64,000 nucleotides of DNA. Source: Tubiluchus corallicola. Lineage: Eukaryota > Animalia > Priapulida. Position 1 is the stretch's first letter, and the number at the start of each line of letters is the position of its first letter. The translations under genes were made by a program, and so were the position numbers. Shown in pieces: positions 12,936 to 24,112 of this stretch. The DNA lies in NCBI GenBank assembly GCA_030141605.1, contig JAQGDQ010000552.1:62001-126000 (forward strand), written 5' to 3'. Under the pieces are notes generated by a model that saw only the letters and a list, made by a program, of their open reading frames with translations, was not told the origin of the DNA and did no database searches.

Positions 12936-14877
12936 ATGAGTTCTGATCAGAAGGACTCCGTGACGAAGAAGTCTCCGTTGTCGCCGAAGAAAGCGAGTTT
13001 TGTGTATGCGAGAACTCAACGTTATATGCAGGCACTGAAAAAGTCGGTCAACGTAAAACACGGCTCTAAAGACAAGAAAGTTAAAGGCAGTGGAACGCCG
13101 GAGACAGTCGGCAAACCGCCAAAGTCTGGATCGCCCAGTAAACACAAGCGAAATAAAGGGGGTGGCACTCCCAGCGGATCGTCGCCTGTTAAATCCGAGA
13201 GCTCGGTTGTGTTACCGACGGAAAAATCCAGTTCGCTGCCGCATTCGGTCGTGTTAGAGAAAGAGGAAAATTCAATTAGGAAATCAAACTCGTCGTCGCT
13301 GTCGAACATTTTCAAAAAACTTTCTCCGAAGTTCCGTCGCGCCAAGAAGGGCGAAAGAATCGTTGACATTTATGACGACACGCGGCGACAATCAAATAGC
13401 AGCGTAGAAGGTTACGACAGCGACACGCCCGTAAAGACCGGAAAGTCGCAACCGAGTAAATTATCATTTGCCCCAGAGGTCGTTGAAGTGGCCATTGGTA
13501 GCAGGTACGACGAAAAGGGTTATTATTGCGGGTCTTCCGGGGATAAGATATCGTCTCCGCAACGACTGTCGTCACCGGAGAGCGTTGCGAGGAGCTCGCC
13601 GGCATCTTCTTTAGAGGCGAGGCTTTCTCCGGAGAAAAATAACCGTTTGTCTCCTGATCGGCACAACTTACATAGTCCTAGCTCTAGTCAGAGATCCGCC
13701 GAGTTGAAACCACCTAATACCTTGAGTCTAAGGACAAATTTAGGTAAATTAACGAGGCAGCCGACGGAAGACTCTATAGGTTCTTGTTCATTAAATCCTA
13801 TAGCAACTAGCTGTGAATCGTTAACCAGTTCAATGACTCAGTGTGGCGGCGGACGCCGTGTATTTATGGACACTTCAATTATTACGATCGGCTCTTGTTC
13901 GTTGAATGTAGATTTGACAAGCGGGGAAGAGTTGTCTACGAAAGAGGGAGAAAGGGCTTCCGCGTCGCAGAGGAGCATCAGAAGCGACGATCGTCTGACC
14001 ACCACCATATCAGAGGTGGAAGAAATGAACGGCGGAGTTGACCACGGTGTCATGGGCGACGGCAACGCGGAAAGTGACAAAAGAAAGCCGTCGTACCTCG
14101 GCATAAGCTGCATGGTGAGCGGGTACAAGAACAAGTACACCACAATTGAGGAGCATGCTCAAAGGATCAATACTCGTATCATAGAAGAAGGACGCAGAAC
14201 TCCTACGCGATTCCGCTCTCCGATCCGCCCAGACTCCAACTTTGGCTTGGAGGCGGATCGCAATGGAGTCGAGAATGGTTCCGGCGAATCCAGCAGTTAC
14301 GTTCGCAGTCGCGTCGAGCAGTTTCAGTCGCTGAAGAGCGAGGCGGAACTACTTAAGAAAGAACTGGAAAATTGTGCCACGTCTCCGCAACATTCAGAAG
14401 CAGCGCACACGCCTTCACAAACTCCCAGTCACCAAAAAACTTCATTGTTAGTGAGTTCTAATGTGTCAGCCGAAAGGACGAAATACAAACAGTCGCCAAG
14501 TTTTAACAAGTTGACCACGTACGTAGATGAACAGGTGACTTCGGCCGGTCAAGCGTCGTCCGGCGCAGCGGATAAAACCGCCGATGACGGTGCGCTACGC
14601 GATCAGAAACCGAAGCCACTTCCGAAACCGTCTCACCTGCTTTCGCCGACGGGCACTCCAAAGAAAATCCCGTTCAACGGTCTCAACGCGAACGGCGTGC
14701 AACGAACTGTTGATGAGAAAACCGCGGTGAATCATTGCGACGACGGTAACGGAGAGAAGCGACGAAAGGATGGTAACTACTTCCTGGACCTTCTCAAGGA
14801 GCAGACGCTGAGATTACAGTCTTTGAGTGAGAAGTTTGAAACAGAGCTTGCTAACCTTGCCGATCCGTCAGAAGAAG
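12936..14877 (+). CDS. DLGAP: DLGAP-like coding exon 1 (long Ser/Pro/Lys-rich disordered region and start of GKAP domain)
   Basis: 653-aa ORF, GC/CpG-rich relative to flanks. Acceptor ttttcag ends at 12904; donor G|gtacgt at 14878. Confidence 0.92.
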
Positions 14878-17800
14878 GTACGTCGTGTATTGTTTAATAC
14901 TTTAAGATTGTTTAGCGACTACTTTCTCTGAGTAACTTGTCACTAGTGAAGATTTTTTGAAATTCCAGTGTTATTAGAATTTGTATTAAATGCAGCTAAG
15001 GCATTTTAGTCTTTGCGAGGGTTGCCATTTCTGAGCCAGTGTTTTTGTAATTGCGAGGGTTGCCATTTCTGAGGCAGCGGTTTCAGTCTTTGCGAGGGTT
15101 GCCATTTCTGAGCCAGTGTTTTTGTAATTGCGAGGGTTGCCATTTCTGAGGCAGCGGTTTCAGTCTCTGTGAGGGTTGCCATCTCTGAGCCAGTGTTTTT
15201 GTAATTGCGAGGGTTGCCATCCCTGAGCCAGTGTTTTTGTATTTGCGAGGATTGCCATCTGTAACGCAGTGCATGCTCTAAAAAGGAAACGAAAAAGACA
15301 AAACCAACGTATTTAGCTTTGCTCATTTTAACAGGTAACTTCAACACTATTTAGCGACTTACACTTACACAGGTAATGACGCAATGCGCAAATAACATAT
15401 AGAGTAAATTCCCTGGTGTTGGCAGCCGCTAGCCTCGAACCCAAGACTGTGTTGTTGCAGTCGACCACCCACCCGTAGTAACTAACGTGTTAGTTACCTG
15501 AGTTTGAGAAAGCTAGTTACAGAAGAATGTACTTATCCTTCCTAAAGCAGGAGAAGTTGGTGTTAATATAATTCCATGGCTAAGCTTGAGAAAAAATAAG
15601 GTTATAAGTAGCATTCTCTACCACAAAGCGAATACGAATCAAATTTGTGACTTTAAAACTAGAATTGAACCGAATTTGAGTATTGAGTTTGAAAGTTTCA
15701 TTTCAAATTGAGTTTGAAAGACTTTTGAACAAGTTCTCGAACTAGGAGTAAAAAGTGATCTTACAAAGGTTTTTTGCTCTGCAGTAAAGCCACTAATAAT
15801 TTGTTTAAAAATTTGTACACAGAAATCATAGCTAAACTGTGCCGACTGCACGGTGTTTCAAACGTTTTAATGATAAAGAACGCATGTGGCTGATTGGCTG
15901 AATCATTCGAATCTATAATTTTAGGTTCGAATTGAATTCGAACTAAAAAAAACTCGTTCGAATCTAATTCGAACGTTCGATGCTCACCCCTAGTTATAAG
16001 TAGCTGTTCAGAATGTTTTGCATCTAGGAATGTTTCGGGTAAAACTACGAAAACGGTAAAGAAACAAGAATACAGTAAGTCATCGCTTAACAACCCTAAT
16101 GCGCTCCAACAAAACGTGTCGTTATGTGGGAAAAGTGTCAAATGCTCAGCGTCATTAGAATGAAATCTCGTTGAGTGACGACTTACTGTACTGCGAACAA
16201 ACTGTCGGCATTTGTGAACCGGTCAGGAGAGATTGTTACAGCACCTTCTTTATACAGTGTAGGAACTGACCTCTAAATTTTAAATTTACTTTCATGGAAA
16301 ATATGCGCAAAGAAAAAGTATGGTATTAATCATAAGTTAGACACGGACTGGGCAGAAACATCGTTTTGCAGGGTTGGGGGTAACAAGTTGATGCATCAGC
16401 CCAGAATGGCTACTAGGAATTTAGGCTTATCTGTATTGACAAGCATATCACATTACTAAATATGTACAGTCTACCTTGGATATAAGGGACACCTCGGGCC
16501 CGGCAAATACGGTTCTGATGGTAGACGAAGTTGAGTCAGACCGAGGGTGTATCTATACCTGTACTTTTCTGTACTTTTACCCATGTTTTTATGGATTATT
16601 GCTACAGATTCAGTGCAGACGGTACGTAGGAAGCTCCTTCAGTGATGCAAGATGTATATGACCGTGGAAATTGAGCCGTTCGAAGGCGTTTGCGAAAAAT
16701 TGAGGTTAAAAATCGATCAATTTCGCTTTGATCATAGGATCCCTTATATGCGAGGTAATTTACCTGGGTTTCTATTACATGGGACCTGAAGCTATCGTCC
16801 CTTATAACCGAAAGTCCCTTATATCCGAGTACCTTATAAACAAAGAGTTTTATAAGGAAAACGTTATGAACGTTCGGGACCGGTGTTGGTGGTCCCTTAT
16901 AAGTGAAGTACCTTATACCCGAGGTTGACTGTATTTCGTTTGGGGCTGTAACTCGAAATACCTGCAAATGAGAATTTATATTTCTCACTTTTAACTTCCG
17001 TATTGAACGATTGCTTCTATTTTGTGTGCAGTTGCTGGGAAGATCAGAGCCGCATCTGGCAAGACTTCGTTGCTTATTTCCAAGAAGTTCAAACAGTTCG
17101 CTACCTTATGCAATCAGAATCTGGTGAGTAAATAAATGTTTGGTTTTTCATTTGTTGTGCTGCTCCCTGAGCAAATGTTTTGTGTAAATATTTACGAAAG
17201 GTTTAACTAAAAACACCGCCGTACGTATTTAAGTTAACACTAGTGGAACTTTTGCCTGTTTTGTTTACTTATGAGTGAAAGTTAAAACAACACATGAGCT
17301 TTACTTTCCAGGTGCCATATTTTTAAATAGGCTCTGTGTAAAGTACCTGTCCGACATTGCATTAAGTATACCCTGATTTACACTAGTTTATATATACAAA
17401 GTACTGAAACGTCATTAAATGTGTGCTTACGTAGCAAAATCGTCCATAAGTCGGCAATTAAGCTTTTCTACTTATTCACATATCCTGAATCTCCATTTCA
17501 TGAGGATCATTTTGATACCAAGTTCATCGCTCTATGTTATTTCTAAGCTGAGATAATCCACATTGAAGTTGAGGTGCAGGCTACGTACTGTATAAGTGTG
17601 CTTCCATAGCAACATTATCGATAAGTCGATAACTAAGTTTCTCTAATTATTCACATATCCTGAATCTCCATTTCATGAGGATCATTTTGATACCAAGCTC
17701 AACACTCTATGTTATTTCTAAGCTGAGATAATCCACATTGAAGTTGAGCTGCAGGCTGCCGCATTGAAAAACATAATCTTGAAAAACCGCTAATAAAGTC

Positions 17801-19027
17801 AGCCATTGTTTTTTGTCGCGTCTTTGCAAAACACTTAGCAACCGTACAAAATGTCCGTCTTTCTTTCATAGTAATTTTCAGTATTTAACACTAATTGCAA
17901 TTGCAAGTCTGGAATAGCAATGTTTAAAATGTATGAAAGAAACTATTTTTGTATACATAAAAAGTGATTAAATTTACTAAAGAAGCACAACGGAGACTGG
18001 ACAACTGCATAATTGTTTGTGTTTCTCACATTTTCAAAACTTGACACGATATTTCCTGCAAAAAAAAAATACAGACACAGGAATCATACAAAGATGACAT
18101 CACTAATTCAACAGTTCTGACTTGATTTGATTTAATATTTTATTTCAAACTTTACAAAGTTCATAAACACGTCACAAATTAATACAAATAATCCAATTAA
18201 TCATGACACACAACAATAACACAAATAACAATTAACGATATAACAAACTACGCCAATGACATCTAATTACAGAAGAAAAGTTTGCATCACTGTTTAAAAT
18301 GTTCTTGCATATAAAATTTTCACTCTTATTCAGCCTGACGTATAAACTGTATGCACATTTTCTGTGAATCACATCAAAATAAATAAGTCTAGTAGAAATA
18401 TATCTGGCACTTGTATCATATGAAAAGTTAAACAGCTTCCGTGTTGATACATTATATGCAACCTTGAGTTTGCTAAGATTCTAAGAATAAAAATGTCTCC
18501 AAGTGGACATACAATAAAACTCTCACAACGGCCTGTTTTTCCTCAGTATAACTCTGTTACTTTTGTATTTTACACCTGCATTTGAACAACATCACTACAT
18601 AACACCGTATTTAAAAGCTAAAACGTATGCAAATAACTGTGACTCATTGTTGCTTATGTAGCATCAGTCGCCTGACGATCAGTTCAGCACCACGGACGAG
18701 GATCTTGCCGGATTTTGGGACATGGTGCTACTTCAAGTAGACGACGTGGATAAGCTGTTCACGGAACTGGAAAGTATCAAACGCAGCGGTTGGCACACGG
18801 CGAGTCCCGTGCACAAACCTGCGTCTGTCACTCCTACGAATACCCGTAGCAAGCCGAAATCACTCACGCCTGCCGCCAAGCGAGCCACGAAGTCAGCCAA
18901 GGAAGCGGCGGCCGCGAAAGCTCGTGTAGAGGCCAGGAAGAGGTTGGCGGAAGCAAAGAGGGCGGCTCGACAGCGTACGCCATCTGGAAGCAGCGACACA
19001 ATCGAGATTTTTGTTCCAGAGAAATAA
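12936..19027 (+). CDS. DLGAP: DLGAP/SAPAP-family (GKAP homology domain) protein, vulcan-like; join(12936..14877,17032..17123,18662..19027), about 799 aa
   Basis: Spliced translation gives KDGNYFLDLL...SEEVAGKIRAASGKTSLLISKKFKQFATLCNQNL|HQSPDDQFSTTDEDLAGFWDMVLLQVDDVDKLFTELESIKRSGW...EARKRLAEAKRAA...IEIFVPEK. This matches the GKAP/GH1 C-terminal domain (DGxxFL, GKIRxAxG, DLAGFWD, EARKRL, IEI). Introns are GT-AG with phases 1 and 0. An in-frame TGA lies just upstream of ATG 12936. Confidence 0.93.
15008..15261. repeat. Tandem repeat of two alternating ~39-bp subunits (about 78-bp period)
   Basis: ttgcgagggttgccatttctgag followed alternately by ccagtgtttttgtaa or gcagcggtttcagtct. Confidence 0.93.
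15609..15992 (-). mobile_element. hAT-type MITE (TAGGGGTGAGCA TIR family)
   Basis: Right end gatgctcaccccta; flanked on both sides by GTTATAAG; left TIR partly deleted; homologous to 41141-41547. Confidence 0.85.
16071..16190. mobile_element. Tc1/pogo-type MITE (TA-CAGTAAGTC TIR), short copy
   Basis: tacagtaagtcatcgctt...gacgacttactgta; longer copy at 38185-38612. Confidence 0.8.
16465..16933 (+). mobile_element. Family B pogo/Tigger-type MITE (TA-CAGTCAACCTCGG TIR)
   Basis: TA-flanked CAGT...ACTG ends; five copies in the window. Confidence 0.88.
17032..17123 (+). CDS. DLGAP: DLGAP-like coding exon 2
   Basis: tgcag|TTGCTGGG...CTG|gtgagt; encodes (V)AGKIRAASGKTSLLISKKFKQFATLCNQNL. Confidence 0.93.
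17420..17850 (+). mobile_element. Family F TIR element fragment with internal ~175-bp duplication
   Basis: tgtgtgctt... start; the tattcacatatcctgaatctcc block occurs twice. Confidence 0.75.
18662..19027 (+). CDS. DLGAP: DLGAP-like coding exon 3 (terminal)
   Basis: tgtag|CATCAG; encodes DLAGFWDMVLLQV...IEIFVPEK-stop. Confidence 0.93.
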   Translation, partial: HQSPDDQFSTTDEDLAGFWDMVLLQVDDVDKLFTELESIKRSGWHTASPVHKPASVTPTNTRSKPKSLTPAAKRATKSAKEAAAAKARVEARKRLAEAKRAARQRTPSGSSDTIEIFVPEK

Positions 19028-19319
19028 TGTTGATATATACTCACATTGAATTGCAAGAAGATAGTTTGTTAAGAATCATGTTGTAAAGGACTTTGGTGCA
19101 AAATGTTTGTGCTTAAGTCATGTAAGATGCTGTAGCCACATCTAAGCCGTAGCCACTATATCTGTGAATGCCATGTATTGATTTTAATGTAGCTTGTGTT
19201 GTGATACCACAGGTAAAAAAGCATTCATTAGACTGGTGCAGATATTATAACTTGCACCATCAAGATCTTTTGTAGACAATCTGATTGCTTGACATTCAGG
19301 GAACTTGTGTGGCATTCAT

Positions 19320-20100
19320 GCATTCGGCGCAAATCGTAAAAAGACTGCTTGTACTGCAAGTACAATTTTATTGCTGTGTGGCAGTGTTTCATATGCTTTC
19401 GACACTCACACGTTCAGCACAAATCGTAAAAAGACTGCTTATACTGCAACTACAATTCTATTGCTGTGTGGCAGTGTTTCATAAGCTTTCTACACTTACA
19501 CATTCAGCGCGAATCGTAAAAAGACTGCTTGTACTGCAACTACAATTTTATTGCTGTGTGGCAGTGTTTCATAAGCTTTCTACACTTACACATTCAGCGC
19601 AAATCGTAAAAAGACTGCTTGTACTGCAACTACAATTTTATTGCTGTGTGGCAGCGTTTCATAAGCTTTCGACACTCACACATTCGGCGTGAATCGTAAA
19701 AAGACTGCTTGTACTGCAACTACAATTTTATTGCTGTGTGGCAGTGTTTCATAAGCTTTCGACACTCACACATTCAGCGCAAATCGTAAATAGACTGCTT
19801 GTACTGCAACTACAATTTTATTGCTGTGTGGCAGTGTTTCATAAGCTTTCGACACTCACACGTTCAGCGCAAATCGTAAAAAGACTGCTTGTACTGCAAG
19901 TACAATTTTATTGCTGTGTGGCAGTGTTTCATGAGCTTTCGACATTCACACATTTGCCGCAGTTCGTAAAAAGACTGCTTGTACTGCAACTACAACTTCA
20001 TTACTCTGTGGCAGTGTTTCATTAACTCTCGACATTCACACATTCGCCGCAGTTCGCAAAAACAATACTTGTACTGCAACTACAACTTCATTGCTGTGTG
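19320..20100. repeat. Tandem repeat, 90-bp unit, about 8.5 copies (probable DLGAP 3' UTR)
   Basis: Unit cattcagcgcaaatcgtaaaaagactgcttgtactgcaac...gacactcaca. Confidence 0.96.
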
Positions 20101-22219
20101 CCAATTTCATGATCATTCTCAGCTGTTACGTCGCATTTAACTGCGTATATGTTATAACTTGTCGTGTGATTCGATAATGAATGTTATATAAATTGCACAG
20201 TTATAGATTAATATGATCTACGACGTGAATGCTTAATGCGACATTAACTTTGTGGTTGTTAATTGCCACTGTCATGGGTTTTTATCTTCGATATTTAACA
20301 GTCTTGTGAGTAATATCAGTTTTCCCATGTTTGATTGTGCCATAGTGAAATGGAAGAAGCTATGAAGTATATGTGGCTGCTAAAGTTGGCATTTTTTCCA
20401 TCTAAAACTCAAGTAGTTGTTGTCGTTATTGTTGTTAGTGATAGTTAATTTGTATTCATAAAGAAGAGGTGGCTTTCTTATTTTTACCCTTTTTTATCTT
20501 GGGGGAAAAGTATTTCTTAATATTAATTGTAGTAAAATAATGCTGAAAAGAAATTTTAATTAATGAATAAGATTTATGTCCGAAGCTTCCAGTTTTGTAC
20601 TAAGTTTTGCATTTGTTCTAATAATTATAATAGTCCGGTTATTATAATGTATATTTTTAATTTATAATATTTTCATTGATTGTTTTTTTTGTAATTAACG
20701 TGAAATGAAATAGCAAATGTTGAGTGAAGTGATTTTCGTGCTAGGATAACTTTATAAGCAGTCCTCAGTTGCTGTCTATGTCTAAAAGTTGCAGCAGTTT
20801 TCTTAAGGTTGTAGCAAGGTTAACAAGGTTAGATAAATGGTGACAGACTTATCACATTCTTTTTAGCAGTTGAGTAATTGTGTGTTCCAAAATTTTCCAA
20901 AACTTTGTGCATTTTGCTCTTCAACTTCTAAAATTTTCTACACAAAATTATTTCATCTCTTGAATAGAGTTAGTTTTGCTGTTAACGGTCATTGCTTCTT
21001 TCATCTTCTGATATAATCATCACTATTCTTTTGCCCTAAACGGTCTAATTAGTTCATTTTAAGATAACAGTATCTCAAACTGTTGTTGAATCTTAAATAA
21101 CAAATATGAGAGGACACAGAGTTGAGCCTTGAGGCAACCAGTAGTGGTCATTATTGCTATCACAAACAAAACAGGGAAGTGTGCAAACTAAATTGAGTGC
21201 TATTTAACAAAATATTTAAATGAATCATACTAAAGTAATTGATTTTTTGTGATATATATGTATTAATTTTGTTTTTTCTCTTTTTATTGTTTAATTTGAT
21301 TTAGCAGCATTAAACGTTTTTAACCTATTTTATAAGAACAGTTCATTAAAGTACTAGAATTAAACAATTTAGTAGTGGATTTATTCAAGAGATTCGTGTA
21401 ACATCCGTTCTGTTATTTTGTTTTTTTCTTACAATTTGATTCTTGGTGTTACAACGTACAGGATCTAAAATTTGTTCATGTTCTTAGTTTTTTTTGCTTG
21501 GCTAATATTTTAATGGGTGCTATTTATATCGTTGTAATAACAGCCAGGTGGTACAGGTTATATTGGTAAGAAAAATTTGCTTACAAGCTGTATATTTTTT
21601 ATGTTGTAAGCAGCAGCGTGCATTAAAGAAATTCTGTTTTTAATGTTGCAAATTTATTCCCACAACTTCTCAGCTTCTCGCTGAACATTTTATTGTTAAT
21701 CCCAAGTGATTTTTAACGTTTCATTAATGTAAGTGAATGGAAGACAGATCTTAGCTGAATCAGATTGTAATTTGTCACATTCAAAAATGTATGAAATTGT
21801 ATCATCACACCTAAAACCTATTTAGCGTTCACTTGTTAACATACCTAGCGAAATTATTAATAAATCTGTCATAATTGGTCACTGTGAGATCATTAATGTT
21901 ATGCAAAATTCTTATGAATGTATGTGTTGATTTTTCAAACTGGTCGCAACTTATAACAGAAATTGTAATTATCAGTGAGTTTAACTTGCCGTCTTACATG
22001 TGGCAACATTTCGGTTTTAATAGTTTCAGCGTTGTAGTGATTTGAATTTTGATAGAGAATGTCACGAGAATTGCATCCAGTGAATAACCAATTTACCAAC
22101 CGGTTGACCAGCTTGTAAACCAATCGACCAGGAACATGAAACTGACGAATCAAACTAAACTACAATGTACTCATACTGTAACTGCATTGTTAAGCCATTC
22201 TTAAGTTGGCATAAATGTG

Positions 22220-22225
22220 AATAAA
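22220..22225 (+). promoter_or_regulatory. Candidate polyadenylation signal of the DLGAP-like gene
   Basis: AATAAA followed by a T-rich tract about 3.2 kb after the stop codon; assignment inferred from position only. Confidence 0.35.
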
Positions 22226-23226
22226 GGTTTGGTTCCGGTTTAGGAACTACACTTTATTTTATCTCTTTATTTTTTTTTTAATATTTTACATTAAATGTGT
22301 TTGTATTTGTTTTGATTATAATTTAAATGAGAAATATGAGTAGGCCCAAAGTTGAACCTTGGGGGAATCTGTAAGAATCGATGTTATGCCCAACTTGCAT
22401 CATACAATTTGTGGATTGACATAAGATAGGATTCTGTTTCATGTAGTTATAAAATAATTTAATTGGCATGAAGTGTCGTGGGCGCTATGATGACCGTGAG
22501 ACGCAAAAGACGTGAATATCAAAAAAATTTGCGAAAAACCGGTTTATGATTATAAAGATCATTTCCATAGTTTGACCATTGAGTTTTAACTTCTAGACAT
22601 GTATACATGCTTAGCGTTCTTTGCCTAATAAATTATTGCCAAATTGATTGGCTGACTTGATAACTATTGGACACCTTAAGGCATCTTCACATCAACAATA
22701 CATTGCGTATTGACTGGCACAATCCGATCCATGCAATAGCTTCGGGGTTTTTAACTCTCTTCGAGTTCAGTTAATTAGTAATCGAGCTTCTTCATTAGCG
22801 CAAGTGTTTAGCAGTGAGTAACAGCGTTTGGTCATCGCCTTATGGTAAGTCATCAGCATTATGTTACTAAAATGTTTTTAGTAGTTTTAATCTCTATATA
22901 AAGTTGATTTTTTATTTGGTTTTACTTGTTTACAACAAATTCTTGTTTTGAAAAGTTTTGTATCATTTCTTGTTTACAAAAGTTTTGCAACTTTTGCAAT
23001 TTGACTGTTAACTGTTAGATTGTTACTGAATGATTAACTATGTCTTAGTTTGATTATCCTATGATTTAGTTTGGTTCTGCATTTGTTCTTGTTTATTAAT
23101 TTGCGTGCTTGTACGCTGTAGTGTTTTCTTCAGTTTACTCTTTAAGGCTCACTCAAAGTCGTAATTACATATTACGTTTTCTTTTCTCAACTTTCAGGTT
23201 TATTGCTCTTATGCCATTGCTATTAT

Positions 23227-23770
23227 TACATCATTTACTTCATCCTTATTTACATTAAGTTATCTACAGAAGCATGCATAACTATAATCATTTTTTCATT
23301 TAAGTGAGGTGAGTGTGTTAATGACCGTATGGTCGTACACTCACCTCGCACTACTCAAATTACTACATCATTTACTTCATCCTTATTTACATTAAGTTAT
23401 CTACTGAAGCATGCATAACTATAATCATTTTTTCATTTAAGTAAGGTGAGTGTGTTAATGATCGTATGGTCGTACACTCACCTCGCACTACTTAAATTAC
23501 TACATCATTTACTTCATCCTTATTTACATTAAGTTATCTACAGAAGCATGCATAACTATAATCATTTTTTCATTTAAGTCAGGTGAGTGTGTTAATGACC
23601 GTATGGTGTACACTCACCTCGCACTACTCAAATTACTACATCATTTACTTCATCCTTATTTACATTAAGTTATCTACAGCAACATGCATAACTATAATCA
23701 TTTTTTCATTTAAGTGAGGTGAGTGTGTTAATGACCGTATGGTCGTACACTCACCTCGCACTACTCAAAT
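23227..23770. repeat. Tandem repeat, 137-bp unit, 4 copies, each with a hairpin
   Basis: Unit starts tacatcatttacttcatcc at 23227, 23364, 23501 and 23637. Confidence 0.96.
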
Positions 23771-23867
23771 CATTTTATCTAAAGTTTATTAATGTGTTTG
23801 ATATTGTATTTTTTGATGTGTGAAATAAAATTCATAGTTCATAGTTTAGATTAGATGAACGGATGAT

Positions 23868-24112
23868 ATGCTTATCGTTGCCTTCATATCCGTACTTCTA
23901 TGTGTGGCGGCAAAGACATCATCAGCAATAGACGCAAATGAATCGACAGTGGAGGATACCAGGAGGATTTCCGATCCCGCCTTTGTCTACCACACCACTC
24001 ACGGTCACCAATTTAACGACATGGCAGCATTTGAGAAGTGGACAGAGGACGGCATGCCCGTGTTCAAGATCGGTTTGCTGGCTCCTTGGATTGAGAATCT
24101 AGGATCATTTAG
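23868..24112 (+). CDS. Receptor GC exon 1 (signal peptide, start of ectodomain)
   Basis: [20 protein letters not shown]...[16 protein letters not shown]; donor AG|gttggt. Confidence 0.85.

Noticed and set aside
13022-14143. Antisense ORFs overlapping DLGAP exon 1
   Set aside because: Shadow ORFs of a GC-rich coding exon with no recognisable motifs.
19285-20025. Repeat-protein ORFs after the DLGAP stop
   Set aside because: Artefact of the 90-bp array; interrupted by a stop and not spliceable to the CDS.
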